DNA of 64,000 nt from an uncultured bacterium (lineage in GTDB: Bacteria; Zhuqueibacterota; QNDG01; DSAB01): positions 11,009 to 75,008 of the forward strand of contig CAZTZL010000004.1 of NCBI GenBank assembly GCA_964617625.1. The letters run 5' to 3'. Below, one piece after another: positions 1 through 10,185 of the stretch (positions within the stretch are counted from its first letter, which is position 1; each line of letters begins with the position of its first letter). Both the position numbers and the translations under genes were made by a program. The notes below the pieces were generated by a model. The model searched no databases and had not been told where the DNA came from. It worked only from the letters and a program-made list of their open reading frames with translations.

Positions 1-474
1 ACCGGTCGTATCCAGAAAAATAAAATATGAATCTCGCAGTTGAAAAGAGAAATAATACGAACCAAAATGGTGATAAAATCTTTCATCTCCCTCATCGGAT
101 TTTTCATTTTTCCCAAAACCTATAATAAAGTGTTTTGCTATTTTTTTCAGCTTTTTATTTAGACTACTGAACTTGAACTCGTTTCCGTTAATGACGGCAT
201 TCCCATTTGAAACGATAAAAGCAGCATTATCATTATTCAAGTTTGTGCTATTTGCATTATTAAAGATTAAAAGTGAATTTTTGATGTTCCCTAAAACGAT
301 AAAAGAGAAGCTGTTATTCTGAATGGTGTTTTTAATTTTATCGATATTTTTGGGATTCAGGGAATCAAATTTCGTTTCCTTCGATAAAATGAAAATCCTG
401 AGCAAAGATAAAATCAGGATGAAAACAAATAGATAAAGCAGAAGCTTTTTATGAGATTTATTTGTTTTTAACAT
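1..474 (-). CDS. Hypothetical membrane-anchored protein; partial, C-terminus lies beyond the window start
   Basis: The minus-strand frame is open from the ATG at 472-474 (MLKTNKSHKKLLLYLFVFILILSLL...) through to position 1 without a stop. There is an N-terminal hydrophobic signal-anchor. It overlaps the upstream gene by 17 nt in a different frame. It is absent from the ORF track because no stop codon falls inside the window. Confidence 0.4.
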   Translation of the reverse strand, partial: MLKTNKSHKKLLLYLFVFILILSLLRIFILSKETKFDSLNPKNIDKIKNTIQNNSFSFIVLGNIKNSLLIFNNANSTNLNNDNAAFIVSNGNAVINGNEFKFSSLNKKLKKIAKHFIIGFGKNEKSDEGDERFYHHFGSYYFSFQLRDSYFIFLDTTG

Positions 475-1555
475 GATCGAAATAAAATTCCAGATAGAAA
501 ACGACTAAACCGCTAATTATTCCTATATAGATAGTAAAAAATCTCCAGAAAAAGAGCAGTGGCACAATATCTGTTTTAGATACGAATTGAGAAAAAAGTA
601 ATGCGTAGCCACCTTCCGCCAAACCTGTAGCTCCGGGAGTGGGAGTGAAATACATGAAAAATGTGATGACGATCTGATAAAACATCACTGTGAAAAAGGA
701 AATCTGATAACCTAACCCGTGAAGCAGAATCAATGAAAATGAAAAAAGTGAAATCAGGAACAACAAAGTAAACAACACCGATAAAACCATATATAGTTTA
801 TTCCCATTTACAAAAACTTTGAAACTAATGGCAAAAGTATTTATTTCTTTGATAATTTTTCTGGTAATTTTACTGAATGTTTTTGGGGAAATAAGGCCGT
901 TTCGTTTGAGAAGATTAAACGTTTGGAAACCAACCCTTTTCAGGAAAGCATTTTTTTTGATAAGAATATAGTAAAATGAGAAATAAACTATAATCAGCAA
1001 AATAACATAGATATCGGTTTTGCCGGAAGAAAATCCCGGGATATTCCAAAATATTAAAATTAAGGGAGTTACAATGAAGAGAAACAAAGAGGCCAACGTC
1101 GTGCGAATCGTGGTTGCGGCAGTTGCCGTTCCGATAGAAATATTCTTCTTATTCAAAAAATAAATCTGTACAAACCCGCCTCCAGTAGCTAAAGGTGTGA
1201 TGTTTGAAAAGAGAATATTTATAAAAACCAGTTTCATGATCTCTTTAAAAATAATTGTTTGCTTCATCGATTTCAGCACAAAATAAAGCCGCAAGCCGTC
1301 AAATGAAAAGTATAAAATCAGCAGTAAAATGAGCAGGATAATTATGGGCAGAGAAAAGAAATCGAATTTTAACAAGTATGTTTTTCCTCCGAAATGATGA
1401 TAGACATATACAATTGAAAGCACCGAGATTATCAGAAATATTGTTCCGGAGATAATATAAGAAAAAATTCTCTTTCTTGTTAAACCTATCTTTTCGGAAG
1501 CGATACCGAGATTTTTCAAAATCAATGTCCTTTCTTGATGCCCAGGATCCGCCAT
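458..1555 (-). CDS. Polytopic membrane protein of the flippase-like / lysyl-phosphatidylglycerol-synthase transmembrane-domain family (UPF0104-like)
   Basis: 365 aa with about 8 predicted TM helices. The sequence pattern resembles the LPG_synthase_TM / flippase-like domain. Confidence 0.55.
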   Translation of the reverse strand: MADPGHQERTLILKNLGIASEKIGLTRKRIFSYIISGTIFLIISVLSIVYVYHHFGGKTYLLKFDFFSLPIIILLILLLILYFSFDGLRLYFVLKSMKQTIIFKEIMKLVFINILFSNITPLATGGGFVQIYFLNKKNISIGTATAATTIRTTLASLFLFIVTPLILIFWNIPGFSSGKTDIYVILLIIVYFSFYYILIKKNAFLKRVGFQTFNLLKRNGLISPKTFSKITRKIIKEINTFAISFKVFVNGNKLYMVLSVLFTLLFLISLFSFSLILLHGLGYQISFFTVMFYQIVITFFMYFTPTPGATGLAEGGYALLFSQFVSKTDIVPLLFFWRFFTIYIGIISGLVVFYLEFYFDHVKNK

Positions 1556-1598
1556 TTCTTTTTCAGAAAGATTAGATAAATGTACTGGACATGGCCCC

Positions 1599-2161
1599 TC
1601 AGTTCAATCTTGAATTGTCGTAACTGAGAAACCAACTATGCAATGTATTTCTGTTGAGCCTGCGAGTCGACAAGAATAAAGCGTAAAAACCCATATAGTA
1701 AAATTTGCCGTCTTCGTAGTTACAGAAACCACTTAGAAGTTCTGTAAATCCGCTTTTATTGGTCGCGCCAGTCTCCCTCATTTTACTGCCGACATCAAGA
1801 GCAAGGTAATTCAGCAATTCCAACCAATCATCATATGTGGGCACATGCCAGCCGGCAGGGGCAATACCATGGCTATTGTCAACTGCATTCCAGTTGTATA
1901 AATAGCCGTATATATCTGCATATTTTTTATAATTATTGTATGCGCAATAGGCACCCCTGAGTAGTCATCATTATAACCATTAGAGAGATATACTCATTCC
2001 GTGTCTCCGGTTACATTGGGTATTTTTTCTCCATTCAGGCAATAAATTACTTTTAGGTTTTCGACAATCCATACCTGGCTGCCAATTATTACAGAATGCC
2101 AAACATTTCCGTTAACATCTTTTATTTCGCCACTTAAGGAGGTATTCTTTATTATACAAAA
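1599..2161 (-). pseudogene. Decayed Fibrobacter succinogenes major paralogous (FISUMP) domain protein
   Basis: Two frame-separated minus-strand segments together reconstruct the FISUMP domain. Segment 1 (2161 down to 1997) reads ...KDVNGNVWHSVIIGSQVWIVENLKV...GDTE then TGA. Segment 2 (1925 down to 1599) reads ...YGYLYNWNAVDNSHGIAPAGWHVPTYDDWLELLNYL...GFTELLSGF...GFYALFLSTR. There is no start codon, signal peptide or lipobox, and the reading frame is broken between 1926 and 1996. Confidence 0.55.
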
Positions 2162-2283
2162 TTATTTCATCACTCACCTATCCGCAAAGCATAACTTGGA
2201 CCTTCAGCATAGCTGATGGTTTAAAAAGGGCAATTAAATTTTAAATAAGCAATATGAATTAAAAGTCAAGCATTTAAAAACTA

Positions 2284-2736
2284 TCAAGATCCATATTTAA
2301 TAATTTCGATCCGGACATTGATGACGCCGGATTGAAGACCATCCAGCATCTTCATGGCCTGATAAGATAAATCCAGAATGCGGTTTCGGACAAAAGGCCC
2401 CCGATCATTGATACGGACGATGACACTCTTTTTATTGGCACGGTTGGTGACTTTGCACATCGTTCCGAAAGGTAAACTCCTGTGAGCAGCAGTCAAAGCA
2501 TTTTGATCGAATATCTCTCCGTTGGCTGTTTTTCTGCCGTGAAATTTCGGGCCGTAATACGAGGCTTTTCCGTAAATGATATTTCGTCTGGAATAATGGG
2601 TTGTTGTTTCGGGGTAGGAACATCGAGACAGCCAAGCAAAAATAAAGACAAAAGCACAGATTGACAAATAATGTAGGACAGATGATTCAATACGATTATT
2701 GTATTGTGATCTTCTCATCTTTCTTTGATCAAACAA
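2284..2736 (-). CDS. rlpA: Septal-ring lytic transglycosylase RlpA-family protein (double-psi beta-barrel)
   Basis: GKASYYGPKFHGRKTANGEIFD...LTAAHRSLPFGTMCKVTN...IVRINDRGPF is the RlpA DPBB signature. Confidence 0.85.
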   Translation of the reverse strand: MFDQRKMRRSQYNNRIESSVLHYLSICAFVFIFAWLSRCSYPETTTHYSRRNIIYGKASYYGPKFHGRKTANGEIFDQNALTAAHRSLPFGTMCKVTNRANKKSVIVRINDRGPFVRNRILDLSYQAMKMLDGLQSGVINVRIEIIKYGS

Positions 2737-2881
2737 TATTGGCTAAAAAAACAATGGCTCACTGATAACAAGCTCTAAAAAATAATTAAACAGAATGTCT
2801 GGGCTGTATCAAAAGTTACTTTGTCAAGTCTTCGTCATGCTGAACTTGTTTTAGCTTCTTTTTATTAGGAAATACTTAGAG

Positions 2882-2901
2882 ATTCCGGCATTCGCCGGAA
2901 T
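2882..2901 (-). terminator. GC-rich hairpin downstream of the PPIase gene; a possible weak intrinsic terminator
   Basis: Perfect inverted repeat attccggc-attc-gccggaat (8 bp stem, 6 GC pairs) 89 bp after the PPIase stop. There is no clear U-tract, so confidence is low. Confidence 0.3.
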
Positions 2902-2989
2902 GACATAAACATTTGACTTTTAATACAACTCCCTCAGAATATGAGACCTTGAAACAAGTTCAGGGAAATAAGTTTTTTATTATTAAAAT

Positions 2990-3589
2990 TTATTTTTTAT
3001 CTTGTGCAACGACTTTTGCTGTTATAATAACAACCGGTTTCTGGGGAACATCCTGCATGCCGCCCTGGATACCTGTTTTCACCTTTTTGATTTTGTCCAC
3101 CACATCCATACCTTCAACCACTTTGCCGAATACAGCATACCCATATCCCTGTTGTGTTTCATCCCGATTATCCAAAAAATGGTTATCCACGACATTGATA
3201 AAAAACTGAGACGTAGCGCTGTTGATGATATTGGTTCGGGCATATGCGATTGTACCGCGGTAGTTCTTAAGCCCATTGGTGGCTTCATTGACAATCGGCT
3301 CACGCGTTTCTTTGCGATTTAAATCCTTGTCAAAACCTCCGCCCTGAATCATGAAATTGTCAATCACCCTGTGAAAAATGGTCCCGTCATAAAATCCGCT
3401 GTCCACATAGGTAATAAAATTCTCTACGGAGACAGGAGCTTTGTCGGGATACAATTCCACAACGATATTGCCCATGGTTGTCTCGAAAATAACTTTGGGA
3501 TTGGCATTCACTTTCCCGAATCCTGGAACGGTAAAAACGAACAATACGATGAACAGAATGATGAACCGACCGCATATCGAATACATCAT
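2990..3589 (-). CDS. Peptidyl-prolyl cis-trans isomerase, cyclophilin type, secreted
   Basis: Cyclophilin motifs are present: [45 protein letters not shown]. There is an N-terminal signal peptide. Confidence 0.9.
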   Translation of the reverse strand: MMYSICGRFIILFIVLFVFTVPGFGKVNANPKVIFETTMGNIVVELYPDKAPVSVENFITYVDSGFYDGTIFHRVIDNFMIQGGGFDKDLNRKETREPIVNEATNGLKNYRGTIAYARTNIINSATSQFFINVVDNHFLDNRDETQQGYGYAVFGKVVEGMDVVDKIKKVKTGIQGGMQDVPQKPVVIITAKVVAQDKK

Positions 3590-3595
3590 ATCCTC

Positions 3596-4132
3596 CTATT
3601 TTTTTTCTTTCCGACTTAAATTTAAAAAGGTACAATTTAACTTTTTCCATGTTTCTTCCAATCCTTCTGACAGGACCTTAGTGTGCCCCACGACCGGCAT
3701 AAAATTGGTGTCTCCATCCCATCTTGGCACGATATGAAAATGAAGATGATCCGCAATCCCCGCTCCTGCGACCCGTTCCAGATTCATCCCGATGTTAAAT
3801 CCGTGAGGCTGCATAACTTCATGGAGTGCTTTCTTCGACAATATTAGCAGATCAAACAGTTCCAGTTTTTCATCGTTCGACAGGGAGATCAATTCATTCG
3901 TATGACGAAACGGAATGGCCATGAGATGGCCGTTATTGTACGGATAACGGTTCATCATGACGAAAGCCCATTTTCCCCGATACACGATCAGATTGATTTT
4001 GTCATTGGATTCCTTCGGTTTATCACAGAAAATGCATCCGGATGGGTTATCCGTAGTTTGTATATATTCCATGCGCCAGGGAGCCCAAAGAATGTTTTTC
4101 TTCCCGTGAATATTTTTATCGTGCTGATCCAC
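3596..4132 (-). CDS. HIT-family (histidine triad) hydrolase
   Basis: HLHFHIVPRW histidine-triad motif in a HIT fold. Confidence 0.8.
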   Translation of the reverse strand: MDQHDKNIHGKKNILWAPWRMEYIQTTDNPSGCIFCDKPKESNDKINLIVYRGKWAFVMMNRYPYNNGHLMAIPFRHTNELISLSNDEKLELFDLLILSKKALHEVMQPHGFNIGMNLERVAGAGIADHLHFHIVPRWDGDTNFMPVVGHTKVLSEGLEETWKKLNCTFLNLSRKEKK

Positions 4133-6228
4133 TATTTCTCTGCTTCCTTTTCCTTCTGGGCCTTGGCTTCCTCGACAATTCGTGCTTCCAATTCTTTGGG
4201 AACCGGTTCGTAGTGCGAAAATTTACGTGAATGAATACCTCTTCCCGAAGTGATCGATCTTAATGTGGTCGCATAACGGTCCAGTTCGGCAAGCGGAACT
4301 TTTGCCTTGATAATCTGAAAATTCCCCTTGGCTTCCATTCCCATGATTTTGCCTCGTTTTCCGGAGAGGTCTCCCATGACATCGCCCATACACTCTTCAG
4401 GGATTTTCACTTCGATATCATAGATCGGTTCGAGAAGTATCGGCTTGGCGTTGAGTACACATTGCTTGAATACTTCTCTTCCGGCAACCTGGAAAGCAAT
4501 GTCTTTGGAATCCACCGGATGCTCTTTTCCGTCATACACAGTCGCTTTCACATCGACAACCTGACAACCGGCTACAGGTCCTTTCTCCAAGACCTGTTTG
4601 ACGCCTTTTTCGACGGAAGCAATATAAACAGATGAAATGTGACCGCCGACCACTGCATTCGCAAATTCAAATCCTCCGCCTCTGGGCATCGGTTCCACAC
4701 GCAGCCATACTTCGGCGAACTGGCCTGCGCCTCCGGTTTGTTTTTTATGACGGTATTTTTCATCCGCCTTGCCCGTAATTGTTTCCCGATAGGGTATTTT
4801 CGGCCTTTCTTCCTCGACTTCCACACCAAATTTATCTTTCAGCCTCTTGATAATGACCTTCAAATGAAGTTCACCCTGGCCTGAAATAATGGTTTGATGA
4901 AGTTCCGGATCGATAAACACGTTAAAGCTTGGATCTTCATCGTGAAGAAAATGCAGGCCGCTTGAAATTTTCTCTTCATCCCCCCGGCTCTTCGGTTCGA
5001 CTGCTACGCTGACCACAGGTTCGGGAAATTGAATTGGGTTCAAAATAATTGGATTTTTCTTGTCACATAATGTATTGCCTGTGCGCGTTTCCTTTAATTT
5101 GACCAATGCGCCTATATCACCTGCTGAAAGATGGCCGATTTCCTTCCTCGTCTTTCCGTTCAATAAATAGATTTGGCCGATCTTCTCTCCTTTTTTATTC
5201 GTGCTGTTGAGTATTTCCATTCCGGAATCGAGTACTCCGGAATAAATACGTATCAGGGAAAGCTCTCCGACGTGGGCTTCCGAAATCGTTTTAAATACAA
5301 GTCCGCACATCGATTCGCTGTCATCGATCTTTCTCTCTATTTCTTTCCCGCCATCGGTCTCTTTTCCTTTAATACTGATAAAATCCTTTGGAGAGGGTCC
5401 ATAACGCGCGATAATATCGAGAAGAGGGTGTGTACCAATATTTTTGCCCGCAGAACCACAGAGAACCGGTATTAAAGTCTTTTGTAAAATACCCTTTCTG
5501 AGACCGATTTGAAACTGCTCTTCGGTAAGCATGCCGGCATCAAAATAGGATTCAAGCAATGCGTCATCACTTTCCGCTGCGGATTCCATAATTTTTTCTC
5601 TCAGCTCTTCGGCCTTTTTCTTATATTCTTCGGGAATTTCGGAAAGTGTGCATTTTCCGCTGAGATTGGTTTCGAAGGTCATTAACTTCATAGATAAAAC
5701 ATCGACAATCCTGTTAAATCCTTCGCCCTGATTGAGCGGGAATTGAAAAGCAACTACTTTATTCCCATAACGTTTTTGCGCTGATAAAAGGGACTTATCA
5801 AAATTGGCATGCTCGTTATCCATCCGATTGATGAAGAACATTCTTGGAATATTATACTCATTAACGAATTCAAGCACCTGTTCTGTTCCAACTTCGATTC
5901 CTTCCACAGCACTGATTACCGTTACAGCAAGATCCGTAACCCGCAAGGCACTTTTGGATTCTCCGATAAAATCGGAATAACCGGGAGTATCGATTATGTT
6001 GATTTTCGAATCCTTCCATTCACCATGCAATGGAGAAATACTGATAGAGAATTTCCGCTCAATTTCATCCGGATGACAATCGGAAACAGTTGTTCCATCA
6101 TCAATTTTCCCGATCCGATTGGTCTCGCCCATCGAAAAAACCATCACTTCAGCCAGAGAAGTTTTTCCAACTCCACCATGGCCTATCAAAGCCAGATTTC
6201 TAATTTGATCTGAGGCATATTGCTTCAC
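4132..6228 (-). CDS. Elongation factor G family translational GTPase (EF-G paralogue, outside the str operon)
   Basis: G-domain motifs GHGGVGKT, DTPGYSDF and NRMD, followed by EF-G domains II to V across 698 aa. Confidence 0.85.
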   Translation of the reverse strand: MKQYASDQIRNLALIGHGGVGKTSLAEVMVFSMGETNRIGKIDDGTTVSDCHPDEIERKFSISISPLHGEWKDSKINIIDTPGYSDFIGESKSALRVTDLAVTVISAVEGIEVGTEQVLEFVNEYNIPRMFFINRMDNEHANFDKSLLSAQKRYGNKVVAFQFPLNQGEGFNRIVDVLSMKLMTFETNLSGKCTLSEIPEEYKKKAEELREKIMESAAESDDALLESYFDAGMLTEEQFQIGLRKGILQKTLIPVLCGSAGKNIGTHPLLDIIARYGPSPKDFISIKGKETDGGKEIERKIDDSESMCGLVFKTISEAHVGELSLIRIYSGVLDSGMEILNSTNKKGEKIGQIYLLNGKTRKEIGHLSAGDIGALVKLKETRTGNTLCDKKNPIILNPIQFPEPVVSVAVEPKSRGDEEKISSGLHFLHDEDPSFNVFIDPELHQTIISGQGELHLKVIIKRLKDKFGVEVEEERPKIPYRETITGKADEKYRHKKQTGGAGQFAEVWLRVEPMPRGGGFEFANAVVGGHISSVYIASVEKGVKQVLEKGPVAGCQVVDVKATVYDGKEHPVDSKDIAFQVAGREVFKQCVLNAKPILLEPIYDIEVKIPEECMGDVMGDLSGKRGKIMGMEAKGNFQIIKAKVPLAELDRYATTLRSITSGRGIHSRKFSHYEPVPKELEARIVEEAKAQKEKEAEK

Positions 6229-7793
6229 AAAGACCCTCCTTTATTTATCGATTTTGCCAATTCAGCTTTTTCATCTTTGTTTAGATATTGTCTTTTTATT
6301 TTATCTCTTTGTATGCGTCCAGCGATATCTCTTGGAAATGAGGAAACAAAATGGATTTCTTTCGGACATTTATAATTCGCCATTCGTTCTTTGATATATG
6401 TCAATATCTCTTCTTCCGTCGCCTGTTCATCTTTCTTCAAAACAACAAATGCATGTATTTCTTCACCGTGTACTCTATCCTCAATCCCAACAACCACTGC
6501 TTCCTCGATTTTTGGAAAACCGGTTAAAAACCGTTCGACCTCTTTCGGATAAATACTGAAACCTCCCTTCATGATTACATTTTTCTTCCTCGCTTCGATA
6601 AAAGCGAATCCACTCTCATCTACGCGTGCGAGATCACCTGTTCGTAGCCAGCCATCCCTGATGACCTCTTTAGTCGCTTCGGGCCGATTGAGATACCCTT
6701 TCATCACATTCGGGCCGCGAACCAGAATTTCTCCCACCTCTCCTGTTCGAACTTCCCTGTCATTTTCATCCACAATCCTGATTTCAACTCCGGGAAGCGG
6801 TAATCCAATCGATCCTGCATGCCGGTTCTGAGTCGAATCATTGAACGAAACCATCGGGGAAGCCTCGGTCAATCCATATCCCTCAATTATTGTCGTTTTA
6901 AATTTTGATTCAAACCTTTCGATGATCTCCTGTTTCAATGAATCTCCGTTGGACAAACAATATTTAAGAGAACTCGTGTCTATTTCATCCATGGATTCAA
7001 CTTCCAATAAGGCTCTTATCATTGAAGGAACACAGATTATATAAGTCGGTTTATTGGCATGAATACAATGGAGAATGTGGCCGGCCTCATAATTTAATTC
7101 GAGAATGATTTTCGCTCCCACATACATGAATGTCGAAAGAGAAAGTGTAAAACCGAGAGGATGATACAGAGGAATCGAGCTTAACACACTGTCGTGAGAA
7201 TCGAGTTTGAGCAACTGTGAACAGGCTGTGATATTGGAACTGATGTTCTGATGGGTCAATTCGGCCCCTTTTGGCCTTCCCGTCGTACCGGCTGTATATA
7301 CAATGAGTGCCGTATCGTCCTGGGATAAATCTGCCGATTCCAAAAGAGGCTCGTTGTTTTCGATTAAATAATTGAGCCTGACTTCACCGGGTTGTGCTTT
7401 ATCGCCCAAGACAATGAGATTTCTGCAATGTTCCAGATTCTGAACAGCCTGCGCGACGTTTGAGCGGAATCCCTCCCAATATATGATTCCCTTAACTTCA
7501 GAATCCTCGAGCTGATGATGTATTTCCTCGGTTTTATAGAGTGTTGACACCGGGATCATAGAAATCCCCAGTTTGAGGAGTGCAAAATAACTGATCGGGA
7601 AATGAGGTACATTGGGCAGCATCACAGCAACACGGTCACCGGCTTTCAATCCCAGATTCTTGATTCCTGAAGCCAGTCTATCCGCCGCATTTTTTAATTT
7701 TTGATAAGATATTTGATGTGACTGAAAAACCAACGCAATATCATCGGGATAATGATTAGCAGCATCTTCTAAAATTTGATATAATAAACTCAC
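6225..7793 (-). CDS. AMP-dependent synthetase / long-chain fatty-acid--CoA ligase
   Basis: AMP-binding motif YTAGTTGRPKGAELTH and an adenylate-forming domain architecture. Confidence 0.85.
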   Translation of the reverse strand: MSLLYQILEDAANHYPDDIALVFQSHQISYQKLKNAADRLASGIKNLGLKAGDRVAVMLPNVPHFPISYFALLKLGISMIPVSTLYKTEEIHHQLEDSEVKGIIYWEGFRSNVAQAVQNLEHCRNLIVLGDKAQPGEVRLNYLIENNEPLLESADLSQDDTALIVYTAGTTGRPKGAELTHQNISSNITACSQLLKLDSHDSVLSSIPLYHPLGFTLSLSTFMYVGAKIILELNYEAGHILHCIHANKPTYIICVPSMIRALLEVESMDEIDTSSLKYCLSNGDSLKQEIIERFESKFKTTIIEGYGLTEASPMVSFNDSTQNRHAGSIGLPLPGVEIRIVDENDREVRTGEVGEILVRGPNVMKGYLNRPEATKEVIRDGWLRTGDLARVDESGFAFIEARKKNVIMKGGFSIYPKEVERFLTGFPKIEEAVVVGIEDRVHGEEIHAFVVLKKDEQATEEEILTYIKERMANYKCPKEIHFVSSFPRDIAGRIQRDKIKRQYLNKDEKAELAKSINKGGSL

Positions 7794-8692
7794 CGGAGCG
7801 CTCCTTTACATTTCGCCGCCATATCCTCTGCATGATACGAACTTCGCACCCTTGGTCCCGATTGAACCTGCTGAAATCCCATACGAATCGCTACTTCACG
7901 ATATGATTCAAATACTTCAGGATGAATGTATTCCTGAACGGGAGGGCTTGTTCTGCTCGGAGCAAGATATTGACCAATCGTCAGCGCATCACAATCAGCT
8001 TCCCTTAATTTCTCAAAAACACATAATACTTCATCCCAGGTTTCACCCAGACCCACCATCAGTCCTGATTTGGTTATGATTTGCGGTTTAATCGATTTAG
8101 CAATTTTCAACACCGATAGAGAGCGATTAAATTCTGCTTGAGGACGTATGAATGAATAGAGGCTGGGAACCGTTTCCACATTATGATTCAGCACATAGAC
8201 ACCGGATGCGATAACCGTTCTTAAACTCTCTTCGTTTCCCTGAAAATCCGGTACAAGTGTTTCGACGGTAGCTTTTGGAATTTTGCTTTTAATCTGCCGA
8301 ACTGTTTTCGCAAATTGATCGGCACCCCCATCTTTCAGATCATCCCTTGTAACCGAAGTGATAACAATGTGAATCAAATCAAGCACTTTTACAATTTCTC
8401 CGATTCTCCTGGGTTCATCCGTATCAACAGGAAGAGGAACTCCCTGCGAAACATTGCAGAACCTGCAGCCTCGCGTACAAACATCACCTAAAATCATTAA
8501 AGTGGCAGTCTGTTTTTTAAAACATTCCGTTATATTCGGACAGGATGCGGATTGACATACGGTATGAAGGCGATATGTCTGTAATATTTTTTTAAACTGA
8601 AGAATAGATTCATCCTCTCGTTTTTGAGTTCGCAGCCATTCCGGCAAGCGAAGTCTTTGATTTGAGGATCTTTCTGTTTTAAATTCGACCAT
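7790..8692 (-). CDS. lipA: Lipoyl synthase
   Basis: CPNITEC plus the CTRGCRFCNV radical-SAM cysteine motifs, over a LipA-length protein. Confidence 0.9.
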   Translation of the reverse strand: MVEFKTERSSNQRLRLPEWLRTQKREDESILQFKKILQTYRLHTVCQSASCPNITECFKKQTATLMILGDVCTRGCRFCNVSQGVPLPVDTDEPRRIGEIVKVLDLIHIVITSVTRDDLKDGGADQFAKTVRQIKSKIPKATVETLVPDFQGNEESLRTVIASGVYVLNHNVETVPSLYSFIRPQAEFNRSLSVLKIAKSIKPQIITKSGLMVGLGETWDEVLCVFEKLREADCDALTIGQYLAPSRTSPPVQEYIHPEVFESYREVAIRMGFQQVQSGPRVRSSYHAEDMAAKCKGALR

Positions 8693-8784
8693 AAGCTAAT
8701 TATTTTAACAAAACTTTTTTATATAATCAAGCGCTTTTTAGTTAAATATTTTATCAGTTTTCATAACAAGGGATTGAAATTAAG

Positions 8785-8807
8785 AAAGCCCCCGATACGG
8801 GGGCTTT
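8785..8807 (-). terminator. Intrinsic terminator hairpin after the ferritin-like gene
   Basis: aaagcccccg-ata-cgggggcttt forms a 10 bp GC-rich stem, followed on the minus strand by a T-rich tract. It lies 53 bp after the stop at 8860. Confidence 0.55.
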
Positions 8808-8859
8808 CAACCAGCAGGAATAACAAATGATTTCTTTAATTTCCAATGGACCGCTTTAT

Positions 8860-9366
8860 TCAGGGACCGACATGAATCATATCATACTGAAAGTCATCCC
8901 GGTCATAATACATTTCATCTCTTTGGCACAACTCCAATTCTCCCTTTAAAAGAAAGTAATGCCCATGTTCCATGCTCGCCAGATATTGTAAGATTTCCTG
9001 GACACCGCGATCTTCGATCTCTTCAGAAAGGGTGTCATAAAACTCTTCTGACACTTTTTCCAATTCAACTGCCATTTCAAGCAGATCAGGAACCAATGTT
9101 TCCTCAGACAAAGCCAAATCCAGTCTCGGAACAAGGGATTTTTCTGCCGGAGATATTTCTTTCCCGTTAAACATTTTCTTATACATTGCTTCCAGCAATT
9201 TTTGATGTTTCTTTTCTTCATTAATTAAAAATTGAAGTTTGTCCTTTAATACAAAATTTTTCACCTGCTTTTTTAATTTCTTATAAGTCTCTTCTGCTTC
9301 AATCTCTGACTTATATGCAACAGATAAAGCTTTTTCGTTCGTCAAAGAAGAAACATCTACTGACAT
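8860..9366 (-). CDS. Ferritin-like / erythrin-type diiron four-helix-bundle protein (rubrerythrin-family, no rubredoxin domain)
   Basis: Two E...ExxH half-sites (EIEAEE...EEKKHQK, and ELEKVSEE...MEHGH). 168 aa and predicted helical. Confidence 0.55.
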   Translation of the reverse strand: MSVDVSSLTNEKALSVAYKSEIEAEETYKKLKKQVKNFVLKDKLQFLINEEKKHQKLLEAMYKKMFNGKEISPAEKSLVPRLDLALSEETLVPDLLEMAVELEKVSEEFYDTLSEEIEDRGVQEILQYLASMEHGHYFLLKGELELCQRDEMYYDRDDFQYDMIHVGP

Positions 9367-9685
9367 TTTTTTATCCTCCTATCTTAGTTTCTATCATTTT
9401 GTGAATTTCAATTTGTATCACAAAAACACAAAATCCAAATTGCACATAAATGTCGAATCATAAAATTCAAATTAAATGTTGTGATGATAGCTGTCAGTGT
9501 ATACAAATATTCTCTTTTCCTTAAATATCTATTCATAGTTAAGATAACGCATCAAATAGAATATCATCTAAACTACGCCAATGGATAGTTTTGATATTTG
9601 GCATTTGTGCTTTATTTGGATTTTGGTTTTTATTATATGAAATTTCAAAAAAACGTTACCTATTTCAATCTTTACAAAACTGTTA

Positions 9686-10177
9686 TTAGATATTCATTTC
9701 AGATTTTAGTCGGTTGATTCTCCGGATATGGTCGCGTTCCTCTTCGATAATCTGCTCAATAACACCATGGTCTTTCTTTTGAGTTACGTGAATCATTTCA
9801 TGGTAAAACAGGATGGAATCTTTTTCCATACTCATTGCGATTCGGACAGCAACGGAAGGATCGCTTAATTCAGTCTTCATATGTTTTCCTTCATGCCTGG
9901 ATGGAAATATTTTTTGTCCGATGAGTGATCGGAAATAACGTGTGACTTCGCTGTCATCAAAAGGAGTCCCCTCGCCAACCGATTCGATTTCCTGAAGCAT
10001 TTTCCGAAATGTCTTTTCGTGTTTCACTTCTTCATCTGATAAAAATTGAAAGACAGATTTTGTTTTTCCATCTTTGACGGCCTGGACAACCTCGTCATAA
10101 AACGCTTTTCCAGTTTTTTCAATTTCAATCGCCATTTTTAAAATTTCTCCTCCGGCGTATTTTAGTTCCATAAACAT
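9686..10177 (-). CDS. Rubrerythrin-family diiron protein (erythrin domain only)
   Basis: Diiron ligand motifs EIEKTGKAFYDE...EEVKHEK and MEKDSILFYHEM...EEERDH. Confidence 0.6.
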   Translation of the reverse strand: MFMELKYAGGEILKMAIEIEKTGKAFYDEVVQAVKDGKTKSVFQFLSDEEVKHEKTFRKMLQEIESVGEGTPFDDSEVTRYFRSLIGQKIFPSRHEGKHMKTELSDPSVAVRIAMSMEKDSILFYHEMIHVTQKKDHGVIEQIIEEERDHIRRINRLKSEMNI

Positions 10178-10185
10178 CTCCTTTT

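Noticed and set aside
2839-2963. 12 to 13 bp imperfect inverted repeat (gctgaacttgtt ... aacaagttcagg) flanking the 2882..2901 hairpin
   Set aside because: It has one mismatch, a 95 bp spacing and no other copies noticed. It could be an attenuator or a MITE-like remnant, but the support is too thin.
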